Assembly (NCBI RefSeq): GCF_002571385.2
Contig: NW_019217860.1
Location: 638,856-702,855 of the forward strand
Source of the DNA: Stylophora pistillata
Taxonomy: Eukaryota
DNA length: 64,000 nucleotides
Direction of reading: 5' to 3'
The position numbers and the translations under genes were made by a program. The notes under the pieces were generated by a model. It did no database searches. It saw only the letters and a program-made list of their open reading frames with translations, and had not been told where the DNA came from. Every line of letters begins with the position of its first letter. Within the stretch, counting starts at the first letter, position 1. Below, piece by piece: positions 1 to 13,300 of this stretch.

Positions 1-1349
1 TCCCAACTTGGTGGAATGCGCCTTCGTTACTGCATTGGGCGATCTTTCATAATAATTTTGAGCAACCCTAAAGAGGCATTGTATACTCAGATAATGCAGC
101 AGCAACTGTTTCTCAGCCTAGTTTAGTGATTCCAGCCCTCTGCGACGTCGTAAATGAGCAAACAGGTTACTAAGCAGTAATAATGAAATGTGAATTCGTG
201 ACTATTCACCGCGACAATGGTGTCGCATCAAAAGTTCCCTGTTTGAAAGACAGACAGGCCCTGATTTGTTATTAAATCAAAATAGAGACCTTTTAACGTT
301 ATCGTTCCTGTTGATTTTAAGCTGGTTGTATCTCTCTTCGATATCATGTATGTCGTTGTTCAATTTTTCTTCCACGTCACCCCCGATGTTTTCCCTTTGC
401 ACGAGTTTATTTCCATCTTCTGTCACTCTAGCTACTTCGGAATCAAGATGGACGATTTCCTTCGATAAATTCTGCGAGAAAGAAAGCAATGAAGAATCTA
501 ATTAACAATAGGCTGTGGCTGAAACACGCTTTGATCTCAGTAAAAGCATTTTCCTACCTTTGCTGCAGCTAAACGTTCTTCATTGGGTGTGTATTCGACT
601 CTTTTCTGATCCTGAGTTTGAAGGCGTAACTTATCTTCACATTGGGATAGCTTCTCATTCAATTCCTCTCGTTTTCTCTCCCAGTCTCGGATCTTCTCTC
701 GTTTCTCTAATTCACCACGCAGCTCGCTGAGACTAGAGAAAACATAATAACCATGGTGACCACTGAAGACTACTTTTTTTTTATTCACTTTGACAGTTTC
801 TTATAAGTCGATTCACAGGTAAGAGACACAAGAAATGCACAACGAAACTCAAGTAGATCAGTCAGATAACTGTTTTCAAAACTCGATGTGCAAAGAGTGT
901 TTGCAGGGTAGGGGTTCGGGACTACCGAGAAACAAATCCAATTGAGTAAACCAAACAAAACATCCGAGTTTAGGAACTCCATATCATCCCTAGATCCCTC
1001 TACGATGAAAGTGATATAAATCGAATTTCGGCGTTTAAATCAAGCGTTAATGAAAACAACAACGAAGGAGGCGGCGTGGCCGAGTGATTAGGGTGCTGGA
1101 CTTGTAATCCGGTGTCCCGGGTTCAAGTCCTTCACCCTGTCACTCACTGGATTTGTTCTCGGTTGCCCCTAGTTCAACTCCTCGGCTGCGCTCTGTAAAT
1201 AGGCTACTGGTCTGCCTCCTGCCAGCGGGGATTTTCAAGCTCTTAGTTAGTCTACATTGTGGCTGAGAAGCTCCTAAGGGGAGCTTCAATTAACGTATAT
1301 TATAATTATTATTATTATTATTATTATTATAATTATTATTATTATTATA

Positions 1350-1382
<33 letters not shown>

Positions 1383-4300
1383 AAACCCCTCTTCTTCGTC
1401 GTCGACAAAATTTCTCATTTCATCGTAGTGTTCCTGTAATTGAGCCATGTTACGTGTAATGTTCTCCTTCTCGTTGTTATCAAACAGGTCATCTTGTGAG
1501 AGCTCTCTGCCGTACAAAATGACGTCTTGCAAGAATGGTTCACCATCCTTTAATTCAGAATCACATTCCTGGGAAGAAAAAACTCTCTGTAAAAGGTTGA
1601 TTCAGAATGAATCTCTTGATGTCACCTTATTCGTATTCTAATCAGACAAATAAATGAAGAATAAGACTTCCTGATGCCAGACGCGAAACTCACAACCTGA
1701 CAAATACTTAACTGTGTAATGCCAAACCAAAAATACAGGAGAGAAATACTACAAACTTGTTCGTCTATTATGTTTTGCATTTACTTCAACTCCTTACGAA
1801 CTGGTAAGTCAGTTTTGTGCGTCTCAGTTGTAAAATCATCGTTTTGTTAACTTCGTCAGAAGCACTTGGCCTTATCTCATGTCTTTGTTCTCTCGTTTGA
1901 TTAGGAACTATAAATTAATTGATTTTGGCGTGTGAACGAAGTAAAGTTAAAGTAGTTTGATTCTCTTCCCGAAATACTTTATCTCACGGGTAAAAGACGT
2001 AACTCACATTTATAACAAATTAAATTGTTGACAAAGTAATCCGAGGAAACATAACAAATCTCAATGAAGAACTCTGCCTGATTTTATATTGGTTAAACAT
2101 CAATCATGAGGTCCTTAATCTTTCCATATCAGTACCTTTACAATGTTTTGCTGGTCCTCGACCCCCTGGAGGTCAATTGGGGCACCAGAGGATTTCAAGT
2201 TCTCCAACTTTCCTGTGCACTTCTGCAACACCAACTGAACAGCGTTTATTTTATCCCGTAATGTGGCAAGTTTAGCGTCCTTCTCGGCCTCTCTGTCGCG
2301 GCTAGGAGGAAACAATAAGCGTTAGATTTCTCCTTACTGTTGGAGACACGGTGACCGAAAGGCAATCGCGCTGAACTCTGTACCGAAAGGTACGGGTTTG
2401 AGACATGACCCGCTGGTCATCGTGTCGTGTTTTGGGGCAACACAACTTACTCTCACTACACCTCTCTCCCCAGCCAGAAGTACAAAAGGGTTTACCTGTG
2501 AACTGTCAAACAAATGTAATGGGAAGCCGTAGTGAAAACTAGAAACGGACTAGCATACCACCCCATGGAAAGCAGCAATATTATCAGTCAACTCGANNNN
2601 NNNNNNNNNNNNNNNNNNNNNNNNNNNNNNNNNNNNNNNNNNNNNNNNNNNNNNNNNNNNNNNNNNNNNNNNNNNNNNNNNNNNNNNNNNNNNNNNNNNN
2701 NNNNNNNNNNNNNNNNNNNNNNNNNNNNNNNNNNNNNNNNNNNNNNNNNNNNNNNNNNNNNNNNNNNNNNNNNNNNNNNNNNNNNNNNNNNNNNNNNNNN
2801 NNNNNNNNNNNNNNNNNNNNNNNNNNNNNNNNNNNNNNNNNNNNNNNNNNNNNNNNNNNNNNNNNNNNNNNNNNNNNNNNNNNNNNNNNNNNNNNNNNNN
2901 NNNNNNNNNNNNNNNNNNNNNNNNNNNNNNNNNNNNNNNNNNNNNNNNNNNNNNNNNNNNNNNNNNNNNNNNNNNNNNNNNNNNNNNNNNNNNNNNNNNN
3001 NNNNNNNNNNNNNNNNNNNNNNNNNNNNNNNNNNNNNNNNNNNNNNNNNNNNNNNNNNNNNNNNNNNNNNNNNNNNNNNNNNNNNNNNNNNNNTATTGGT
3101 TAAACATCAATCATGAGGTCCTTAATCTTTCCATATCAGTACCTTTACAATGTTTTATATTGGTTAAACATCAATCATGAGGTCCTTAATCTTTCCATAT
3201 CAGTACCTTTACAATGTTTTGCTGGTCCTCGACCCCCTGGAGGTCAATTGGGGCACCAGAGGATTTCAAGTTCTCCAACTTTCCTGTGCACTTCTGCAAC
3301 ACCAACTGAACAGCGTTTATTTTATCCCGTAATGTGGCAAGTTTAGCGTCCTTCTCGGCCTCTCTGTCGCGGCTAGGAGGAAACAATAAGCGTTAGATTT
3401 CTCCTTACTGTTGGAGACACGGTGACCGAAAGGCAATCGCGCTGAACTCTGTACCGAAAGGTACGGGTTTGAGACATGACCCGCTGGTCATCGTGTCGTG
3501 TTTTGGGGCAACACAACTTACTCTCACTACACCTCTCTCCCCAGCCAGAAGTACAAAAAGGTTTACCTGTGAACTGTCAAACAAATGTAATGGGAAGCCG
3601 TAGTGAAAACTAGAAACGGACAAGCATACCACCCCATGGAAAGCAGCAATATTATCAGTCAACTCGAGCTATGGAAACCAAGATAAGTTACAACGGAGTT
3701 AACTGAAGGTTCGAGAACACATCTTACCACTCTCCATGAGATTTACTTTATCATTTGTTTTTGATATAACAGAGACAGAAAGGTCAAACCTGTCAATCTG
3801 ATCGGCGCCATCAACATGGTCATCGTCGAAATCAACGAGGTAGTGAACATTGGGTTGCGACTCAACAGAATGTTGTACTTGTGGCTGTAAAATGACAGAA
3901 ACTGTACATTAAGACCATGCCAACTAATTGGTCTTGTAATTCAGCTTTTATAACTTTGTCTTTTGTACAACTATCAAGCCAATTACTGACAAACAGAAAA
4001 GATGCTGGTTTTAACAATACATCATTGATAAAAGTCTAGGACGAGATTTGACCTTTGCTATAAAATACTGGCAGATTTAAATGACCACAAAAGTCGGAAG
4101 GCACTTTAGTCTTTACCGCTTTTCACGAATGGTCAAAATTGTAATACAAAGAACCATCGGCAACAAGTAAAGAAATCTAAAAATTCAAAATTCAAAATAT
4201 TATGTACCTATGACTAAGAGAAAAGGCTAGACGGAAAAATTTCCAGTTCGCGGTTAATACGAAGGGACAAAGCGCAGCAAGGTCCGTTTGCTATGTCCAG

Positions 4301-7300
4301 GAGCCAGGTCCACCTAACTCAGTGAATACGCATTTTATTATACGACAGTCGTTCTTTCTTTCCTTTTTCTTCTTTTCTTCCCACAGGTAGTATCTCGCAG
4401 GGCTGTAAGGCCCTGCTCGCAACAACGCGTACGGTCGTCATACGGAAATTTTTTTCCTGATGTCTTGTTTTTCGACAAATGCGTTACTCGGCCTTTCGAG
4501 TCATATGAAGATAACTAAGACCTAAGCGCTATCAAAAAACCTCTGTACTCTCTTTAAATTATGTGCATTAATATAGATTGCATTTATCTTAGAATAGAAA
4601 CTTCTTTGATACTTACTTGTATCTCAAATGTACTAAACTCTGAAGGTGTTGATTCAACATTGTCTTCAGAAACTTGGACGAGAAGTTCCGTCTCACCGTT
4701 TTCATATGCGGGAGAAGGCTGGGCTAATTTGTTCTTCAGTCTGCAAACAAAGACGCGATACACAGCTTTAACTAAACACTTCGCGACAACTCTATTATTC
4801 TAACTACATCCAAGAAGGCGTCACTTTGGAGATGAGGCTGATTTTAGTTTGTATCTTTTCTAGTTCAATGCGTTGCGTATAATCACGTGCTCGTAATAGT
4901 AAAATCTGAGGGAACAATCTGCACATATTTGGCATACTTTTTTCACGAAGAAATTTCATAGGCATGTGAAATTTATCTTGTGGAAATCATGCAGAAGTCA
5001 CATGCTGAAGGGCTTTAGTATAGAGTCAAGGAAGTAGTAACGTGGAAACTGCAAAGTGGGGTATTTGCTGTAAATGCTCATGGGTTACTTTTCACTTAAG
5101 TTTAGCTTCAAAATTTTTAAAGCTATAAATCTCTCATTAGCCAGTCTGAAAATTAAAAGGGATAGTCTGTTCCCTTTTTTAACTTAGTGATCTTTAACTG
5201 AATCTAACGTCAACACAAAAGTTTCTCATCATATCTTACTCTTTGTCTTTTTGAACAGCCTCCGATGTCATTGTATCCCAGTTGATGTTAAAATCTTTCA
5301 GCTTTCCTTGCAATATCTCACGGTCTTCTTCGTCAATGTGAGGCTCCCGGCAGAGTTCGTCGACTTCACTAACGACCCGATCGACTTCCTTCTTTTTATA
5401 ATCGATCCGTACCATAGATCCCTAAACATAAAACAAGATAAAGAAAAAAAGAACAAAACAAAACTTTCTAAATGGCTACATAACCAACGAAAAGTAACAA
5501 GCCTTAAATATGAACATCTTGTATGGTATAGCTCGGTTGTAGTGGCACCAGTACTTGGACATGTGAGCTTTTTTCTTCGGGCAGAACTTTTTTGTTTCTC
5601 TTGTTCTTTGACTCTTCATTTTGTTTCGTATATTACACATTGTTGCATTGAACTGGCGTGCGAGCTGATCTAAGAGTGCCAGTCGGACCAAACTTAATAC
5701 TTCTTTATTGCTCCATTTCTATCAAGAAACTACAAAATTGCTAATCCTGGACGTCTGCGCTAGACATATATGGCTCGATACCGAGAGGCTGTCTTGGAGG
5801 TGATTGAGTTGATTTCTCCCAAATAATTTTCGTCTAGTACCCATGAAAAATTAAGGCCATGAGTAAGTGCTGCTTACCTCATGATCATCGATCTCTCTTC
5901 TGATCTCTGCTTGGCTCTGGCTTTGTCCTCTTTTCGATATCTCATTTCTCGTTTGCTGTATCCACGAGTTGTAGGTGTCAATATGTTGCTCCCTTGGCGA
6001 AACGACAGCCCCGCGACACCTGAAAAAAGAAGGAATACCATGGTTTAGAGAAACTAATTTGGCAAGTTACTTTTTCACCCTTGCATTTTGCTATGGCTGG
6101 AAAAGTAGCTCTCTTGAGTTCTTCTTTGAGTTGGAACTGGGCTTGAACGTCGAAATAAAGAGACTTAAATATTCGAAAGGTCTGTTCACACTAATCATGG
6201 GGGCAATTTTGGAATCCCGATATCGAAATGCGTCTAACTGTATATCTCAATGTTTAGAGTAGGCGTGGATAATACGAATATCAATTTCACAAAAGTCTCT
6301 TTTGGTTCACAAAAAAAATATCATTATGTGTGTGTAAATATCAACGACTTAAAAACAACAAAAACGAGCTCTCCCTATTTTAAGATTGCCTTCTATTACC
6401 GTTTATGAAGTCTCTGTGAGAGAATTTCCAGTTTTTCCCATCGATCGTGGAGTAGGAGTAATTGGTTTTTGATCTCTGTTCGATGTGTCTCGTCTGTCTT
6501 GTCATTCATTATTAAAGTCTCGCCCATATCTACTACATCTCCCACGTCTTGGCGATGATTTGTAATGTCATCCATCAGAGACTGGGAACGACACAGAAAA
6601 AGGGAAAACAAGGTAAGTAAGTTTCTTATGTTAGCTCCACCTATTGTTACTAGAAAATGAAAGTTCAGGTGATTTCCTTCATCGTATCATCCCATCGAGT
6701 CCAAGTTTCATACAAATACGTACTGTTCAGACCTAACTTAGGACTAGTCAAGGGCATTTAAAACCTCGTGAAGGAAGAAAATAACCTTTCTGTGAATCAA
6801 CAATCAATGCAAAGGCAAAGTGATTCGTTTGAGGTTTGTGTATTTATGCAAGAGCCTTCAACCAGCAGCTTTTTGCTTCTCTGGATTATCCACACTAACC
6901 TTTGATTTGCTGTAATCGTCTAAAGGATTACCAAACCGGCCAGTTGATTCTAATTTGTTGGAGACCAAGGTCTCTTCTTGTGAGATGTACGCATTCAGGT
7001 CTCTCAGAGATGCTCGGTAAGCTTCAAGACCCGCCAAATCCTGATAATGAAAAAAAAAGTACAAGTTTACTTCAAAGCTGAGCAATTTTGAATTGAATGA
7101 TAAAAGTACAGAAATCCTTTGTTGCAGCGGCTCTAATTTAAAGCGCTTTTAGTTTGAGGCTAATCAGCCAATCAGAGCGAACGAAAATATCCGGATCCAA
7201 TGAGAACTAGAAGAAAAAAATAAGTCAACCACCAAACGCGCACAAAAACGCACGTGCATGACCAAGTCGCGATCGGTTTTGGCTTTGCATCTGATTGCAT

Positions 7301-10300
7301 CTGATTGGTCGAGAGGGTGTCGCAAATTTTATGGACCAACCAGAGATCTTTTGTCACGTGCTCTTTTCTTCGCTTGAAGCAAGCTGGACGTATTTACTTC
7401 GGTTAGTTACTCCTTCTGATTTATCTCTTTCTTTATCTCTCTGATTAGTCAATTTTTTTTTTACTTGTTTTTGTCGCTTAACCAAATTCAGTGGAAATAC
7501 TTTAATAGAAAAAGGTTTTTCAAATCTAATTTGCAACATGATTTATACTTCTGTTACGAATAGAAAAGCATTTCGGTCAAATAGAAAGCTTTTAAAACTC
7601 TCTTCTAATGTACCGATGGACTAACGAAAGTTGTCTGCAATGAAAAGCATACCAAAATGTGGCGATCTGATTGGTGCGAGACACATACTTTAATGCGGCG
7701 ATCTGATTGGTACGAGATACATACCCTAGTGTGGCGATCTGATTGGTTGGAGATACATTCCCTAATGTCGTGACATGATTGGTGCGAGATACACACCCTA
7801 ATGCGGCGATCTGATTGGTGCATGATACATACCCATGTGACAATCTGATTGGCGCTAGATACCTACTCTAATGCGGCGATCTGATTGGTGCGAGATACAC
7901 ACCCTAATGTGGCGATCTGATTGGTTCGAGATAGTTACCCTAAGGTGGTGACCTGATTGGTTCAAGATACACAACCTGATGCGGAAATCTGATTGGTGCG
8001 AAATACATACCCTAATGCGACGATCTGAGTGGTGCCAGATACATACCCTAATGCGGCGATCTGATCGGTGCAAGATACATACCCTGATGTGGGATCTGAT
8101 CGGTGCAAGATACATACCACTCGATACACTAACATAAAGTTATTTTTATTAAAAAAATAATAATTCCGAAAGAAGGAAAACTTACGTCTAGTTTTCTTCT
8201 CTTCTTTCCTCCTTGTGGCGAGTATTCTCTCAAGCCGTGAAATAAACTGGTCAAGTACATGATGATCAACTTTTTATCTGGCTTATCCACATCAATATCT
8301 TAAAAAAAAAAAAAGTAAGGACAAACATGAATCAAATAAGTTTTACTTAAAAACCAAACATTTATTAAGCTGGCCATAAGTTCGAAATTATTCCAAAGAC
8401 AGAGGTTACTCGCAGTTTTTTGCATATGAAACAATCAAAATAGATGTTGGCGTTTGCGTCCCTTGGTTTGGAGTTATCGAACTGTTGGAACTAAGGAATT
8501 ACAACTTATCTCAACAATTTTGATCTCAAAACGAGTTGCTTCGATGCATTCATTACAATATGAACGAGATTTGGGCTAGACAAAAAAAATATATTCACTG
8601 TTCTCTGTTTAAGAATGGATTAAAATGTGGCCTTCGACAAACACACTGAAATCAATTATCATAGGCGACAACACAGACAATTCACCACAGAAATTTCTTA
8701 GTTATCAAATCCTAAAGGTACGGAAAAGGAAAAACCGTGCTTTAATTCGCGAGTACCGACATTTTATTAACTTTCTTCATTCTCTGCAAACTAAAATAGG
8801 TGATTCAATTAAAAATGCTTCATCCATGACATTTTTTGAGGAAATATCACCATGTGAATTGAAAACAATTTGCGTTGTCACTAACTGATGAGAGTGTTTG
8901 CTTGTAAATTAGTCAGTGGAAAATGTCTTTAATATTTTTTTCTAGTTGGCAATTTTTTCAAATAAGAAATCAGAAAATTCTAGTACAGTAGTCTTTCTTT
9001 AACCTTGAGATGCATGGAGAGTTTTTCTGGTATACATTATTTTCTTCTTAATGGACGTTCCAATTTATTTATTTTGTTTTTGATCAAAATGTCGCCTAAT
9101 TTTTGTCCCTGATGCACTCTCACAGGTAATTAGGCCTTAAACAGGAAACCAGCATTTCAATAAAAGTTTGGAAAGATAGCCGCACCTTGAAATGAGGATG
9201 ACATACATAAGATCATAAAATTCGAGGTCAATAAATATTCAGTTGGCAAAAAACCAAATCAAATCGCACTGAAGAGACGTTTAGATTGCAGAAGAAGCTT
9301 AAAAGATCTCAAGACCTGCCTCTGACTGAGAAAAAGTAGGTTGCTTCGTATTTTTATTTTATTAGCAATTTTTGTTGTATCAAGTGAGAAAATCTCTCTA
9401 ATATACTTAAAATGTCTAGCTGAAAATCGAGATGTAAATCACAAGCTGACATATGCATGAGTACCGTGAAGGAAGAACTGTCGCACATTAAGTGTAGTTG
9501 TTCTCCAATTCCAAATCGAAATGTTCTGATAGTATTGCCCGCACACTTTTGACGAACATGTACACTTAAATGAAGCGTATAAAGTTTCAAAGTTAAAAAA
9601 AGAACCTGACAGCTAAGAAGGCTTAGAATGTGTTTCATGCGCTAGGACTTAATGATGCGTTTTACTTAAAAAGAATTAAATCGTAATCATGAACACAGAA
9701 ATCTTTAGAGGCGTTGCAGTTTATGAAAAGGATCGACTTTGGATGTGTTCCCTCAAAACGCGCAAATTAAGATAGCAAAATTTATAATAGAGTTTCTCAT
9801 TTAGAATCGATAGAATTGAAATTGGGTCAAAACAGAAAAAACAGGGATATTTATAAAAATGTTGAATTAACTCACCTGCTGGGTCAAGCAACTTTGGAAC
9901 TGAAAACTCGTCATTCGCTACGTTAAACGCGTGATCGAGGTTCGTTTTGTTGTCATTTTTTAAAAGGCTCTCAAAACGAAACAGTTCCGGCCTGGAAAAA
10001 GAGAAAAAGAAAGAAAAAGTTAGGGGAAAAGGGGTTTTTCTAAGAAACAGATAGATAAAGCATACTTAGAGTTGTCTCAAAAGATTGGATCGCTTTAATT
10101 AGTAAGGGGCTTTCTAGCACTACATGTAATCAGATACAATGTATATATGAAGTTCATATATTTTGAACTGCGGTATTAGATACGTATGATGCACGATCCT
10201 CGCAGTAGAGAGCGCTATTTATGCAATAGCGAAAATCAGACCTGAAAAAAATCAGGCCTGTACGGGATTCGAACCACTGACCTCTGCGATACTAGTGCAG

Positions 10301-13300
10301 CGCTCTACCAATTGAGCTAACAAGCCAACTGGGAGCAGGCCGTTGAGTTGATTCGTAAAAAACCCGTGACGATAAATCAGATACAATGTATATGTGAAGT
10401 TCATATATTTTGAACTGCAGTATTAGATACGTATAATGCACGATCCTCGTAGTAGAGAGCGCTATTTATGCAGTAGCGAAAATCAGACCTGAAAAAAATC
10501 AGGCCTGTACGGGATTCGAACCACTGACCTCTGCGATACTAGTGCAGCGCTCTACCAATTGAGCTAACAAGCCAACTGGGAGCAGGCCGTTGAGTTGATT
10601 CGTAAAAAACCCGTGACGATAAATCAGATACAATGTATATGTGAAGTTCATATATTTTGAACTGCAGTATTAGATACGTATAATGCACGATCCTCGTAGT
10701 AGAGAGCGCTATTTATGCAGTAGCGAAAATCAGACCTGAAAAAAATCAGGCCTGTACGGGATTCGAACCACTGACCTCTGCGATACTAGTGCAGCGCTCT
10801 ACCAATTGAGCTAACAAGCCAACTGGGAGCAGGCCGTTGAGTTGATTCGTAAAAAACCCGTGANGCTGCACTAGTATCGCAGAGGTCAGTGGTTCGAATC
10901 CCGTACAGGCCTGATTTTTTTCAGGTCTGATTTTCGCTACTGCATAAATAGCGCTCTCTACTACGAGGATCGTGCATTATACGTATCTAATACTGCAGTT
11001 CAAAATATATGAACTTCACATATACATTGTATCTGATTTATCATCACGGGTTTTTTACGAATCAACTCAACGGCCTGCTCCCAGTTGGCTTGTTAGCTCA
11101 ATTGGTAGAGCGCTGCACTAGTATCGCAGAGGTCAGTGGTTCGAATCCCGTACAGGCCTGATTTTTTTTAAGGTGTGATTTTCGCTATTGCATAACTAGC
11201 GCTCTCTACTGCGAGGATCGTGCATCATACGTAACTACATGTAATGGTAATAAAGAAATTTTGGTGGAAGACAGAACCAGGGGAAATCCTATCCTTAAGA
11301 TTAGCCTTTCCGCTATTCGATATCAATTTTCCCTTTTTTTTTTTTTTTTCAACTTCTCTTTGAGTATTTGGTAATAAAATAAGAAGAGAGAAAAACGCAG
11401 AGAAAGATAACACCATGTGGCGGGGTGATAGTACGCATTCCTAGTAAAGTAGTGCGGCGGGGTTAGGAGCCAAATACTATTCCCAGGCTTCGTGCGCCAT
11501 TTGAAATCAAGATGGCGGTCTCCATTAAAACCGCACAAAAGAAAATTGACTAAAACAAATTCTCAACGGGGCCATAGATATAAAAAATAACTGAAATAAA
11601 ATTACTTCATAGAAATGACACAGATTACTTACTTGTGAGAATGGATGATGGCGTTGAAAGCCAAACCGTCTCTCCAACTTGTTGTGAAGTCTTTCAATTT
11701 AACGGAATCCTCGTACCTTAAAGGAATTTTTAGAAATCCAAACTCATCAGACAAGTAAAGACGATACATAATGATATTCTACCTTAGAAAAATAGTAAAA
11801 ACTAACACCTAGATATCTGAACTATCAAAATAAGAAAAAAATTCAGAAAAGAATATAGTGTATACACTGTAACGAATCGAGTCTCAGTTGGCGATAATAT
11901 ATACCGCTACATTTTGGTCTCGTTGGTCACTTGGCGAGATTTTATTTGCTTTGACTGTATCCCTTTGACCTTGAACTCGGCCTTTGACGTTTCACCTTGG
12001 CTTATCAAATGCACATCATTTTAGGCCTCACCCTTCAAGTGATGTCTGACACCAAGAAAGCAGTTTCTTCTCGACTTGAAAATCTTTGACGCCGGTATCC
12101 CCAGCGTCATCACCAGTAATGACACCTTGCACCTGACAGAAATTGAGAAATATCAGAGGTCCCTAAATGTTAGTTTTGAAACGCTATTTATTTCCTTTGT
12201 ACCTTAGATTATTGCTTAAACACCGACTGTTTACGCTTAGTTAACGTTTATCTACGTCACGGTTTATTTTAGTCGATTACTGTAATTGGTGTGAAATTGT
12301 TACGCAATTTATGTCAGTCACTCGCTTCGGGTGTCTAAGAATTCCAAACTAGGTGTACATTTGTGACACCTTGCAAGTTACGGAGTTGCAGTTGGTACGA
12401 ACTAGTTTTTTCTTTTTCACGGGTTACCCTTCGAATAAAAGTCGAAGGGGAGAAACGAGAAACCGCAACTTACAGTAAGGATCCAAAAGACGAAGTCAGT
12501 ACGATAATAACTCAACTCTTCTGTGTCTGGTGGGTTTGGAAACTTTACAGAGTCCAGTAATTTATAAAGAATGAAAGACAAAATTTCACTCGCCTGGGAT
12601 TAAGAAAGACAGGTAAACCCAGGGTTACATAGTGTACCTGGAATCGTAGAATAATACTCCATATAAGCCCAAGAATAGTCGTGCTCTTTCCGTCGACGAT
12701 GTCGTAATTGCTGATCCCAACAAGCTTGACCTAAAAAATCATTTTCAGAAAAATGTGGTTATATTAAAAAAGTGCAGTCTTCCCAATGAAAACGAGTTTT
12801 GATTGTGCGATGATAAAAAAGGAAATCAATTTCACGTCGAAAGGTTTGCGCTTACACATACCCTGGTCTGCTTAAGAAAGCAAAAGTTGTGGGTATCACA
12901 CAAACGACCATTAATAAGCTAAAAGTACGGAATCATCACCACCAACCACAGTATAAAGACCAACATTTGAAAATATATTTAAGGGTAGAAAATGGCCAAG
13001 AAAAAAAAGCCTGAACAACACATTAAAAGATACAATGTCTGATGTCTTATTCAGTGCATTCATTACGAGCGTGGAAATTTATGCGTCGATCAATTCGAAA
13101 CTTCAACATCCCCTCCCTGGGCAACCCCTTTGGGATGGAAGAGGGTCAAATGTCCGTGGACTGCCTTGGATGGAATGTTGAAGCTTCGAACTGATCGGTG
13201 CATCAGTTGCAAAAATGCGTACTTACCCTGTTTTTTTCCAACACTTTAAGTGCTGTGGTCACATTAGTGAGTTTATGAACACGCATTCGGCCTTTCTCTC

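Noticed and set aside
1290-1386. Poly-Asn protein tail
   Set aside because: Read-through past the splice donor into a (TTA)n SINE tail
2532-3116. Long ORFs with X runs (also 34486-35134)
   Set aside because: Artefacts of N gaps
7648-8117. 36-bp periodic repeat as a CRISPR array or 12-aa repeat protein
   Set aside because: Contiguous units without unique spacers, no cas genes, eukaryotic intron; ORFs are by-products
10200-10245. Hammerhead in the 247-bp unit (hairpin followed by GAAA)
   Set aside because: No CUGANGA core upstream on either strand
10254-11159. Functional tRNA-Thr gene cluster
   Set aside because: T stem has two mismatches, and copies sit in TSD-flanked mobile arrays with long shared non-tRNA flanks
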